The notes under the pieces: model-generated | Seen by the model: only the letters and a program-made list of their open reading frames with translations | Databases searched by the model: none | What the model was told of the DNA's origin: nothing | Program-made: the position numbers and the translations under genes | NCBI GenBank assembly: GCA_964598765.1 | Contig: CAZRCZ010000018.1 | Coordinates: 19,086 to 83,085, forward strand | Direction of reading: 5' to 3' | Length of the DNA stretch: 64,000 bases | Source of the DNA: an uncultured Candidatus Sumerlaeota bacterium | GTDB taxonomy: Bacteria > Sumerlaeota > Sumerlaeia > MVZB01 > JAJFLK01 | Part shown: positions 47,766 through 56,136 of the stretch, one piece after another | Numbering within the stretch: the first letter of the stretch is position 1 | Layout: every line of letters starts with the position of its first letter

Positions 47766-48606
47766 CGATCCGGTCAATCGCCTGACCGATTTCCTCGACG
47801 GTCCAAGGCTCGTTCGAGCCGCGTTTGGTCGCGCCGTGGCTGGTCATCATTTTGTAGGTGAAGAGATGATTGCCATCCACGCCGAACATCTGGCCGGTGA
47901 TATTGGCCGAAGCGTCGGAGGCGAGATACGCCACGATCGGTGAGATGTGTTGCGGACCCATCGCCTCGACCGAGTATTTGTCCTTCACGCCGGGCAGATC
48001 GAACGTCAGGCGCGTGAGCGCGTTGGGCGCGATGCCATTGACGGTGATCTTGAATTTCGCCAACTCCCACGCCGCGATGCGCGTGAGCGCCTGAATCCCC
48101 ATCTTCGCCGCGCCGTAATTGGCTTGGCCGAAATTGCCCAGCAATCCGGAACTCGAAGAAGTATTGATGATCCGCCCGCCGGTTCCCTGATTCTTCATCA
48201 CGTCGGCGGCGGCCTTCAGACAAGCGAACGTCCCTTTCAAATGGACTTTCAGCACGATGTCCCATTCCTCCTCGGTCATTTTGAGAATCGTGCGGTCGCG
48301 CAAAATGCCCGCATTGTTGACCAAAACGTCAATTTTCCCGAAGGCGTCAACGGCCGCCTTGACGATCCGCTGGCCGGCTTCCATCGTGCCGACGGCCTCG
48401 CCGTTGGCGACGGCTTCGCCCCCCATCGCCTTGATTTCCTTGACGACCTCGTCGGCGGAATTGCTCTGCCCCGTGCCGTCGGGCTTGCAACCGAGATCGT
48501 TGACGACGATCCGCGCTCCTTCCTTCGCAAAGAGATGGGCGTGCGCCCGTCCGATGCCATTTCCCGCTCCGGTGATGACGGCGACTTTCCCCGTAAGTGC
48601 TCCCAT
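47755..48606 (-). CDS. Short-chain dehydrogenase/reductase (MFE-2/HSD17B4-like)
   Basis: TGAGNGIG, VVNDLG, NNAGILRD, GNFGQANYGAAK. Confidence 0.93.
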   Translation of the reverse strand: MGALTGKVAVITGAGNGIGRAHAHLFAKEGARIVVNDLGCKPDGTGQSNSADEVVKEIKAMGGEAVANGEAVGTMEAGQRIVKAAVDAFGKIDVLVNNAGILRDRTILKMTEEEWDIVLKVHLKGTFACLKAAADVMKNQGTGGRIINTSSSSGLLGNFGQANYGAAKMGIQALTRIAAWELAKFKITVNGIAPNALTRLTFDLPGVKDKYSVEAMGPQHISPIVAYLASDASANITGQMFGVDGNHLFTYKMMTSHGATKRGSNEPWTVEEIGQAIDRIVSW

Positions 48607-48720
48607 GATGAAGACCTCCCAATACTAAACCGAGTCTTCTACCCTTTTTTGTTCCGAATATCAATCAGGAGCGACGACGCTCACCAAAGTTCTTTGACAG
48701 TGGGAGGCCCGGTTCTGATT

Positions 48721-49320
48721 TCAGGATGAAGACGGTTCTTTCGGACCTTGGACCGGAGCAGTTTGAGCGACGGCCCTCTCTTCCGCGCGGTGTCTACGAG
48801 CGACCTTCCACGGTCGCCGACCACATTCGTGCGGCCTTCCATCGAGCCGTCCCCACTGAACCACAGCGACCCCCAAGGCGTCCTCAAAGTGGCGCGCGGA
48901 TTCGCCCATTTTGGACCACTCCAGTTTGCTGAGAACGGAATCCTCCGGAGAGAGAATCGAGATTCTCAAACCCGGCGCAAGCTCAACCGTTCGCCGCCTT
49001 GAAAATTCCGTTTCGCTGAACGGCCTGTTTTTTCGAAAGATCAAATCGGCTTTCAGAAGTAAACCGGGAAGCATGACACTGAACATTGACTGCCGGCGCT
49101 TTGCCTCCATGGCCGCGTCGGCTTGAACGAATACGGAGGGACTTAATCGTTCCACCAACGCCCTCAACTGCCCGTCGGTCGGATCAATCACGATGTCAAT
49201 GTCGTGGGTTGTCCGAAATTCCCCGTAATTCATCGAACCGATCGAGCCCGTGGTCATGCAGGGAATGCCGATGTCCTCCATGGCGCCGGAGAGAATCGCC
49301 AAAAATTCATCGCGCGTCAT
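48721..49320 (-). CDS. Nucleotidyltransferase-fold protein (AbiEii/DUF6036-like), C-terminus possibly frameshifted
   Basis: TGSIGS..YGEFRTTHDIDIV, EDSVLSKLEW. Confidence 0.7.
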   Translation of the reverse strand: MTRDEFLAILSGAMEDIGIPCMTTGSIGSMNYGEFRTTHDIDIVIDPTDGQLRALVERLSPSVFVQADAAMEAKRRQSMFSVMLPGLLLKADLIFRKNRPFSETEFSRRRTVELAPGLRISILSPEDSVLSKLEWSKMGESARHFEDALGVAVVQWGRLDGRPHECGRRPWKVARRHRAEERAVAQTAPVQGPKEPSSS

Positions 49321-49598
49321 GGCGCGATCTCTTCGCCCGGGAACGCGTTGCGGTACACTTCATCCCCCCAGACCAAGCGGGCGACGGCCTGATGAATCTG
49401 CCGTTCGTCATAATCGGGGTGTCGCATCCGAATCCCGGCGACAATGAATTGCCGCGTCAAATCGTTCAATTGTTGCGATTCCCGCCATCGCTCGGCCGGA
49501 ATCATGGATCGCAAACGCTCATGGCATATTCGCCTGACGCCCGCTTCCGTGTCGCCAATGAAGGTTGACTCGGATCGTTCGCTCTTCAGGTCCATCAT
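49317..49598 (-). CDS. Small helical partner of the nucleotidyltransferase (putative antitoxin)
   Basis: DT....R.....LRSM.PAER......N.......AGIRMRHP; ATGA overlap with the NTase. Confidence 0.65.
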   Translation of the reverse strand: MMDLKSERSESTFIGDTEAGVRRICHERLRSMIPAERWRESQQLNDLTRQFIVAGIRMRHPDYDERQIHQAVARLVWGDEVYRNAFPGEEIAP

Positions 49599-49664
49599 TC
49601 CACCATCTGGGAAATGTCGCGCTCGGACGCTTTTCAAACTTGTCCGGGGTTTATGGATTGGATT

Positions 49665-50042
49665 TTAATCCATCCCGATCCACGGGGCCGGAGTGAAGAT
49701 GCAGGTCGTCTGCCCGCGGGAAACTTGCTGAACATTCTTGACAGCCCCGCCTTTGCAAGTGACGACGAGATCGTATCCGGCGAATTGCCCGACGGCGATG
49801 ATGAATTTGCTGTCGCGGACTTTATAAACGTAAACTTTCTGGTCCTCGACGAAGCCCGCGAAATCGGGCGCGCCGCATTTCTGAAGCAATTCCACCTCCG
49901 ACATTCCTTCGCGCGGCGGCGTCGCCTGAAAACGGCTGGTGTTGTCATAGATCGAGATGCACGCGGTCAACGAGAGCAGAATCGGCGCCAAGGCCAGAAG
50001 CGCGACCGTCGCGGATTTCCGAATCGTGAATCGAATTGTCAT
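49665..50042 (-). CDS. Small lipoprotein
   Basis: GGAGGA RBS, lipobox LTAC, GMSEVELLQKCGAPD (SmpA/BamE-like motif). Confidence 0.7.
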   Translation of the reverse strand: MTIRFTIRKSATVALLALAPILLSLTACISIYDNTSRFQATPPREGMSEVELLQKCGAPDFAGFVEDQKVYVYKVRDSKFIIAVGQFAGYDLVVTCKGGAVKNVQQVSRGQTTCIFTPAPWIGMD

Positions 50043-50066
50043 GGGTCATCCTCCTATTTACGAGAT

Positions 50067-51962
50067 TCAATCAATCGCCAAAGGGCCATTGAAGCCGATC
50101 AGTTGCCATGAGTCACCAACTTTTTGAAGCCGCGCCGTCAGCGGCTGAGGCGGAATCAGCAGTAACTTCCGGAAATTGGGATCGGGGTAATTTTCCGGAT
50201 GTCCCTCAACCCGCAAATCCAATTTGACTTCGGCGCGATCCGCCCAAAAGCGCGACTCCTCGCGGATCTGAAACGACACCGAAACGTTGCCGTTGGTCCG
50301 GCGCAGTTTTTTGATCCGTTCGATCAACTCATCGGCCGTCGAGCCTCCCAACTTGACTAGCGCATTGCCTTCGGCGTCGAATTGCCCCCGATAACACGGT
50401 TTCTCGATCCGCGCGTCGAAAAAGTTTTCAATCGCCCGCTTGACCCCTTCGCGTTCGCCCCGATCCTTGAGCGGCGGGGTGGCTTGCGCGTCCCAGCGCG
50501 AGGTTTCCGCGCCGGCGACGGTTTTGGCGGGGGACGGCTTTTTCTCCGTCTCCGTTCGCTTGGGTTTGGAGGTTGGTTTAGGAGTGGTCGTCGGCGTGTT
50601 GGACATGATTGGCGTCGCAGTCGCCAACATGAGCGAACTGGAGGTTGCCGATGCCTCGGCAAGCGTCATTCCCGTTGCCAGCGCCGTCGAGGTCGTTTCG
50701 TCGGCATGGTTGGTCGCCATCGCCAGTGGGCGCGAAGTAAGCGCGTCAATCTCGGCGGGAACAACGGGATTCGATGCCGCGGGAAACAAAGGAGGCGGCG
50801 TAACGGAGGAAGAACCCTCCGGCGCGGAAGCCGCCGGCGCACGGTCCATAGAAGCGACGGTCCGCCGCCGATGGCATCCTTTCCCGAATGCGAGAACCAA
50901 AATCAGCAGGAGCGCCAAAATTCCAGCCCCCAACGTTCGACGCGGTCCCACTTGGTGGAATCCCAGATTCCGGAGCGAGATCGGAATGATCGTCGTCATT
51001 TCGCTCCCCTGCGGCGGATAGGTTTCTCCGTCCCGGAATAAATCACCAAAACTTCGGTTGGCCACCGGACGAAGCGCGCGGGCGACCCCCTCGGCCAAAC
51101 TCAGCATTGAGGTTGGGCGATCCTCCGGCTTTTTGGACAATGCAGGCGACAACGCCTTGTGAACCTCCGCCGGAAGGAGCGGATTGCGCTTGTGCGCGGG
51201 AACGGGATCGGAGGAAACCTGCGCGTAAAGAAACGCCGAGGCCGAACGCGCGTCGAACGGCAGTTTGCGCGTCAAGGTGTAATAGATCGTCATGGCAAAC
51301 CCGTAGGCATCGGCGGCCAGCGTGATCGAACTTCCCGCGACTTGCTCCGGAGCCATGAACGCCGGAGTCCCGATGGCCGAAGCCTCGTGCGTTTCAAAGA
51401 CGTTTTCCATCTCCAGCTTGGCCACGCCGAAATCCATGATCTTGGCGACGCGCTGGGGCATCGTGATGATGATGTTCTTCGGCTTGATGTCGCGGTGAAT
51501 GATGTGGCGCTCGTGCGCGGCGTCCAATCCGCGCGCGATTTGACGGAATAAATCCATCACCGCCGAGACGGTCAAACTCTTGTCCTGCGTCAGGAGAAAC
51601 TTCTCGAACTCAATCCCCTCGACGAACTCCATGACGATGTAGCTTGGTTTGGCCGGATCGTCCGAAATGAAAACGTCGAAAACTTGGACGATGTTTTCAT
51701 GGACCATCTTGGCCATGGTGAGCGCTTCGCGCTCGAAGCGTCCGAGGAAATCGGGACGCGAGCAAAGCTCGGGACGGGGCACTTTCAGCGCGACGGTCCG
51801 GCGCAGGCGCGTGTGCCGAGCGCGAAACACCGCCCCCATCGCCCCCAAGCCGACCAGTTCGTCCACGGCGTAGCGTTCGTCCAGCGTCTGGCCAACCAGC
51901 GAATCCAAACTGAAGCTCGGGCGGCGGGCTTGGGAGGAGTGTTCGTCGGAAGGGTCGGTCAT
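50067..51962 (-). CDS. Membrane Hanks-type Ser/Thr kinase
   Basis: GLGAMGAV, VALK, HRDIKPKN, DFG, GTPAFMAPEQ; TM and Pro/Thr-rich linker. Confidence 0.95.
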   Translation of the reverse strand: MTDPSDEHSSQARRPSFSLDSLVGQTLDERYAVDELVGLGAMGAVFRARHTRLRRTVALKVPRPELCSRPDFLGRFEREALTMAKMVHENIVQVFDVFISDDPAKPSYIVMEFVEGIEFEKFLLTQDKSLTVSAVMDLFRQIARGLDAAHERHIIHRDIKPKNIIITMPQRVAKIMDFGVAKLEMENVFETHEASAIGTPAFMAPEQVAGSSITLAADAYGFAMTIYYTLTRKLPFDARSASAFLYAQVSSDPVPAHKRNPLLPAEVHKALSPALSKKPEDRPTSMLSLAEGVARALRPVANRSFGDLFRDGETYPPQGSEMTTIIPISLRNLGFHQVGPRRTLGAGILALLLILVLAFGKGCHRRRTVASMDRAPAASAPEGSSSVTPPPLFPAASNPVVPAEIDALTSRPLAMATNHADETTSTALATGMTLAEASATSSSLMLATATPIMSNTPTTTPKPTSKPKRTETEKKPSPAKTVAGAETSRWDAQATPPLKDRGEREGVKRAIENFFDARIEKPCYRGQFDAEGNALVKLGGSTADELIERIKKLRRTNGNVSVSFQIREESRFWADRAEVKLDLRVEGHPENYPDPNFRKLLLIPPQPLTARLQKVGDSWQLIGFNGPLAID

Positions 51963-52050
51963 GCTTGTCGCTTCCCCAAGATTCACACTGATCCCAACGG
52001 CAAAAGATAAGGACCGCCGATTCGTTTCATCCGATCCCGTAGCTTTTGTC

Positions 52051-53169
52051 TCAGGTCCCGGAAACCTTGGCCGCGAATTCCTTCGGATCGTCGGCGATGG
52101 CGCGCGCCGTTTCGTGTTCGACCAATCCGCGCTTGACCAAATCCGCCAGCGCCGCGGTCATGGAAATCATGCCTTCCTCGGCGCCGGTTTGAATCGCCGA
52201 AAGAATTTGGTTGGCTTTTCCTTCGCGGATCAGGTTCCGGATTGCCCGCGTGCAAATCATGATTTCCCGCGCGGCCACCCGCCCCTTTTTTCCCTTGAGC
52301 GGGAGAAGCCTTTGGGAAATCACCGCCGCCAGCGATTGCGAAAGCTGAACGCGCACCTGATCGCGTTGATGCGGCGGCATGACGTCAATGATCCGGTTGA
52401 TGGTCTGCGGCGCGTTGCCCGTGTGGAGAGTCGAGAACGTCAGGTGACCGGTTTCGGCGAGCGTAATCGCCGTCTGCATTGTTTCCAGATCGCGCATCTC
52501 GCCCAGCAAGACGACGTCGGGGTCTTGGCGAAAACTGTGACGCAGGGCGGCGGTGAATGTTCGCGTGTCGCTGTCGAGTTCGCGCTGACTGACCAACCCC
52601 TTTTGCTCCTCGTAGCTGAATTCGATCGGGTCCTCGATGGTGAGGACGTGGCATCGGCGCGTGGCGTTGATGTGATTGATCATCGAGGCCAACGTCGTGG
52701 ACTTCCCCGATCCGGTCGGTCCGGTGACGATCACCAGTCCGCTGTGAAGCGCAGTCAGCGCGACGCACGAGGGGGGAAGACCGATCTCTTCCATCGAGGG
52801 AATCACATATGGAATCAGGCGAATCGAAGCGCAAAACGTTCCGCGCTCCTGATAGAGGTTGACCCGCATCCTGCAAACGCCCGTGAGGACGTGCGAGAAA
52901 TCAAGCTCCAGCACGCGGTCGAATTCCTTGATCTGCTCGCCTCCCAGCATCCCCTGAAAAAAACGCCTCATTCCGTCGGCGGTCGGAACGAATCCCTTCA
53001 CCTGAAGCAGTTCGCCGTCAATGCGGATGCGCGGAGGCGACCCGGCCCGCAAATGAATGTCGGACGCGCCCTCCTGAAAAGATTGCCGGACGAGCGATTC
53101 CATCGCGTCGGCGAAACCGCCCGATGAAGATTCGACTTTTGAAGGTGCTTCCTGTGTTTTGACCGCCAT
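52051..53169 (-). CDS. pilT: Type IV pilus retraction ATPase
   Basis: ASDIHL, GPTGSGKSTT, TIEDPIE, RQDPDV, AETGHL, AIRNLIRE. Confidence 0.95.
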   Translation of the reverse strand: MAVKTQEAPSKVESSSGGFADAMESLVRQSFQEGASDIHLRAGSPPRIRIDGELLQVKGFVPTADGMRRFFQGMLGGEQIKEFDRVLELDFSHVLTGVCRMRVNLYQERGTFCASIRLIPYVIPSMEEIGLPPSCVALTALHSGLVIVTGPTGSGKSTTLASMINHINATRRCHVLTIEDPIEFSYEEQKGLVSQRELDSDTRTFTAALRHSFRQDPDVVLLGEMRDLETMQTAITLAETGHLTFSTLHTGNAPQTINRIIDVMPPHQRDQVRVQLSQSLAAVISQRLLPLKGKKGRVAAREIMICTRAIRNLIREGKANQILSAIQTGAEEGMISMTAALADLVKRGLVEHETARAIADDPKEFAAKVSGT

Positions 53170-53300
53170 CTCGTTTCGCCTGATCGCTTCTTCCGCCCTC
53201 TATGTAATCACACTTTGCCGTGAATTACAGCGAAGATTTCAACCGCGTTGGCTCCGATTTTTCGCTTTCGCTCATTCGACGTTTGGTTCACGATGATCGC

Positions 53301-54035
53301 ATGGACCGCGCATTCCCGCTTACCCAAAAGACGACGATTCCCGCGAAAGAAAATTTTGCCCGCGAGTTGGAACAAAGGGACTCGGCGCGGTTGATTTCAT
53401 TCCGGCTTGGGGAATATCGAACGATTTTGGCCGAGCAGGAGAGGCTTCACGCGGAGCGGGTCGCGGATCGGATCGCGGATTCATGGTTGGTCGGCGAGCA
53501 TCCGCTCGTGATCACGCAAGGGGTCCGCGCGGCGGAATCGGATTTGCCGATGCCGGAAACTCCAGCGGCCTCCGCGCCGGTTTTTCAAATTGATCGCGGC
53601 GGGATGACGACGCTCCACAGTCCGGGGCAACTCATCGTCTATCCGATTGTCAAAGTGAACGGCGGATCATTGGCGGCGGGACGATTTTCCCGGGCGTTGG
53701 TTCAAGCCTTTCGGATTTGGATTGTCGAGGAGTTCGGAGTTCGGACGGAAATTCATGAGCGGCAACCGGGACTCTACGTCGGCGAAGAGAAGCTCTTGAG
53801 CGTCGGTATTTCTCTGCGTCACGGCGTTTCGATGCACGGCGTGGCCGTCAATTTCCGCAACGATCTTTCCCTATGGAAAGGAATGGTCGCCTGCGGCGAA
53901 TCGGGGTTGCGATCAACCTCGCTCAGTCTTCTGCTAAGAAAGGACCTCCGCCCGGCGGATCAGGTTCCATCCCTTGCGCGGTGGTTGCGGGATGTCTGGA
54001 GCTATGCCCGAGTCGAAACGCTTGGATTTCCCTAA
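53301..54035 (+). CDS. lipB: Octanoyltransferase
   Basis: EHP, DRGG.TT.H.PGQ, EKLLSVG, HGVAVN, ACG. Confidence 0.85.
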   Translation: MDRAFPLTQKTTIPAKENFARELEQRDSARLISFRLGEYRTILAEQERLHAERVADRIADSWLVGEHPLVITQGVRAAESDLPMPETPAASAPVFQIDRGGMTTLHSPGQLIVYPIVKVNGGSLAAGRFSRALVQAFRIWIVEEFGVRTEIHERQPGLYVGEEKLLSVGISLRHGVSMHGVAVNFRNDLSLWKGMVACGESGLRSTSLSLLLRKDLRPADQVPSLARWLRDVWSYARVETLGFP

Positions 54036-54040
54036 TCCAG

Positions 54041-54553
54041 CTATTTGCTCATCTCCCAAACCAGATGTCCCAGTTCAGGTAAAATGAGCTTTTCCATCGC
54101 CAGTCGCACCGCGCCGGTGGAACCCGGCAATGAAAAAATGACCATGCCGGAATAGGTCCCCGCCACGGCGCGCGAAAGCATCGCCGCCGGACCGATGTCA
54201 TCAAAGGACAACATTCGGAAAAGTTCGCCGAAACCGTCCATTTTTTTCTCGATCAATCCCGCCACGGTCTCATACGTCCTGTCCCGCTTCGCGATTCCCG
54301 TCCCGCCGTTGATAAGCGCGGCACGGATGGTTTTTGTCTCCGCCGCCTCGCGCAGAACGATTCGGATTTGCTCCGGCTCATCCTTGACGATTCGATACAG
54401 CGCGACTTCGTGCCCCGCGCCGGTCAGCGCGTCGCGGATGAATTTTCCGGAACCATCGGTGGTTTCGTCGCGGGTGTCGCTCACGGTCACCACGGCGCAT
54501 CGGACCGATTTCGGAGCCTGTTTGCGGTGTTCTTCAGTGCTGGCGCTGGGCAT
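54041..54553 (-). CDS. moaB: MoaB/Mog molybdenum cofactor biosynthesis protein
   Basis: TVSDTR, D.SG, GGTGIAKRD, GFGELFR, SRA.AG, LPGS. Confidence 0.9.
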   Translation of the reverse strand: MPSASTEEHRKQAPKSVRCAVVTVSDTRDETTDGSGKFIRDALTGAGHEVALYRIVKDEPEQIRIVLREAAETKTIRAALINGGTGIAKRDRTYETVAGLIEKKMDGFGELFRMLSFDDIGPAAMLSRAVAGTYSGMVIFSLPGSTGAVRLAMEKLILPELGHLVWEMSK

Positions 54554-54636
54554 AAAAACATTCAACCTTCGGGTCTTGATCGTTCGGCGGGCATTATGGA
54601 AGAATCGCCGCCTCATTGCCAAGGAAACCGAAGACC

Positions 54637-55146
54637 ATGGGAACCCTCGAACTCATCCAGCAGAAATCCTTCCTCGGCAGGGAATTCCTGATATGGCTTT
54701 GGTATCGCGCGGAAACCGATCCCGTCTTGAATCTTCCGGGCAAACGACGTTGCGAGATTGAAATTCAAAGCCCGCTTCAATTGGACGCCGAGCATGGCGA
54801 CGCGAAATCCTCGGTTCTGCGCGGCGATTCTCCGGCGACCTCCGCCGAAGCCGCCACCGCCCTGCGCGAGGGAAAGAAACCGAGCAGGGTAAAACTCAAA
54901 TTCAGTTGCGACGGCGCGGATTGGATTACGGGGCTGGATGGCGAAACCTTGGGTATCGGCGGATTGCAAATGCCCAAATCGGGACGTCTTCCGTTTGATG
55001 AAATTCTACCCCTCCGCGCGCGATTCGTCCTCGAATTCGAAACGCTTCTCTCCGAACTCTTCGAGGCGTTCTTGGCTTTGCGGCTCAACGAGGCGAATTG
55101 GAAGGGGGATTCGGAAAAGATCCAAAAATGGATCGGCGAGAAATGA
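54637..55146 (+). CDS. Conserved hypothetical protein (RdgC-associated type)
   Basis: FLGREFLIWLWY, EAATALREGK, FEAFLALRL..W. Confidence 0.6.
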   Translation: MGTLELIQQKSFLGREFLIWLWYRAETDPVLNLPGKRRCEIEIQSPLQLDAEHGDAKSSVLRGDSPATSAEAATALREGKKPSRVKLKFSCDGADWITGLDGETLGIGGLQMPKSGRLPFDEILPLRARFVLEFETLLSELFEAFLALRLNEANWKGDSEKIQKWIGEK

Positions 55147-55242
55147 TCCGTGGTTGGAAACTTGGCTTGCGTGGGTCTTTCGCCCACAAAGAGATTGCTC
55201 CGCCTTCCTTCCGCGCGTAAAATGATCTTGTTTCGCAACGGC

Positions 55243-55329
55243 GCCGAAGTGGCGGAATTGGCAGACGCGCAAGATTCAGGGTCTTGTGTCCGCAAGGGCG
55301 TGGAGGTTCAAATCCTCTCTTCGGCACCA
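55243..55329 (+). tRNA. tRNA-Leu(CAG)
   Basis: GCCGAAG/CTTCGGC acceptor, CAAGA-TT CAG GG-TCTTG, long variable arm, GGTTCAAATCC, CCA. Confidence 0.97.
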
Positions 55330-55370
55330 AGAAAACCGAGAATGACGAACGATGAAAGAGGAGTTTGGCA

Positions 55371-55898
55371 ATGAGCGTTTTTCAGATGGCCCAAGGTCCG
55401 ATGTATGATCAAGGGGCGGTTCAACCGATGCGCGACGAATTGACGTCGGTCGGCATCAAGGAACTCCTGACCCCCGACGCCGTGGATGCCGTTCTTTCGC
55501 AAAAGGGAACCGCCCTGGTGGTCGTTAATTCCGTCTGCGGTTGCGCCGCCGGCAACGCCCGCCCGGGCGTCATGCTCGCCCTGCAAAACAAGGTTATCCC
55601 CGATCGCCTGACGACCGTTTTCGCCGGACAGGAGCGTGACGCAGTCCAGCGGGCGCGCGAGCAGATGAAGGGCTATCCCCCTTCCTCGCCCTGCATCGCG
55701 CTATTCAAGGACGGCGCGGTCGTGTTCATTCTCCAACGACATGAGATCGAAAACCGCTCCGCGGGGATGGTCGCCGACGCGCTCGTTCAGGCGTTCAACA
55801 AACACTGCGCCGCGTCGGGTCCCTCGATTCCGGCGGAGCAATTCAACAAGATTGTTCCCTTTCAGGCATGCGGATCGTCCATACCGCTGAATCGGTAA
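55371..55898 (+). CDS. BrxA/BrxB family bacilliredoxin
   Basis: VQPMRDELT, NSVCGCAAG.ARP, TVFAGQ, PPSSP.IALFKDG. Confidence 0.92.
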   Translation: MSVFQMAQGPMYDQGAVQPMRDELTSVGIKELLTPDAVDAVLSQKGTALVVVNSVCGCAAGNARPGVMLALQNKVIPDRLTTVFAGQERDAVQRAREQMKGYPPSSPCIALFKDGAVVFILQRHEIENRSAGMVADALVQAFNKHCAASGPSIPAEQFNKIVPFQACGSSIPLNR

Positions 55899-56136
55899 AA
55901 GACCTTTTGAATTTGTGTCGGTCATCCCATTCCGAAGGCTCTCCGACTACGATCCTCGCGATCCGTTCCAACCCCGCGAATTCCACTACCCGCGCCTACT
56001 TCACGATTTCTCCATGCTTCGTCATCGGCGAAACCTGCGGCTGAAATCTGTATTATCCAGCCCTTTCTAAACCAACTTTCCCCACCAAAAAGCCGGGCGA
56101 AAATTGGTTTTGTTTCACAAAACTTTTTTATTCGGC

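Noticed and set aside
55899-56136. Recombinase-driven invertible segment between the dcw halves
   Set aside because: No matching inverted repeats at the two junctions and no recombinase in the window
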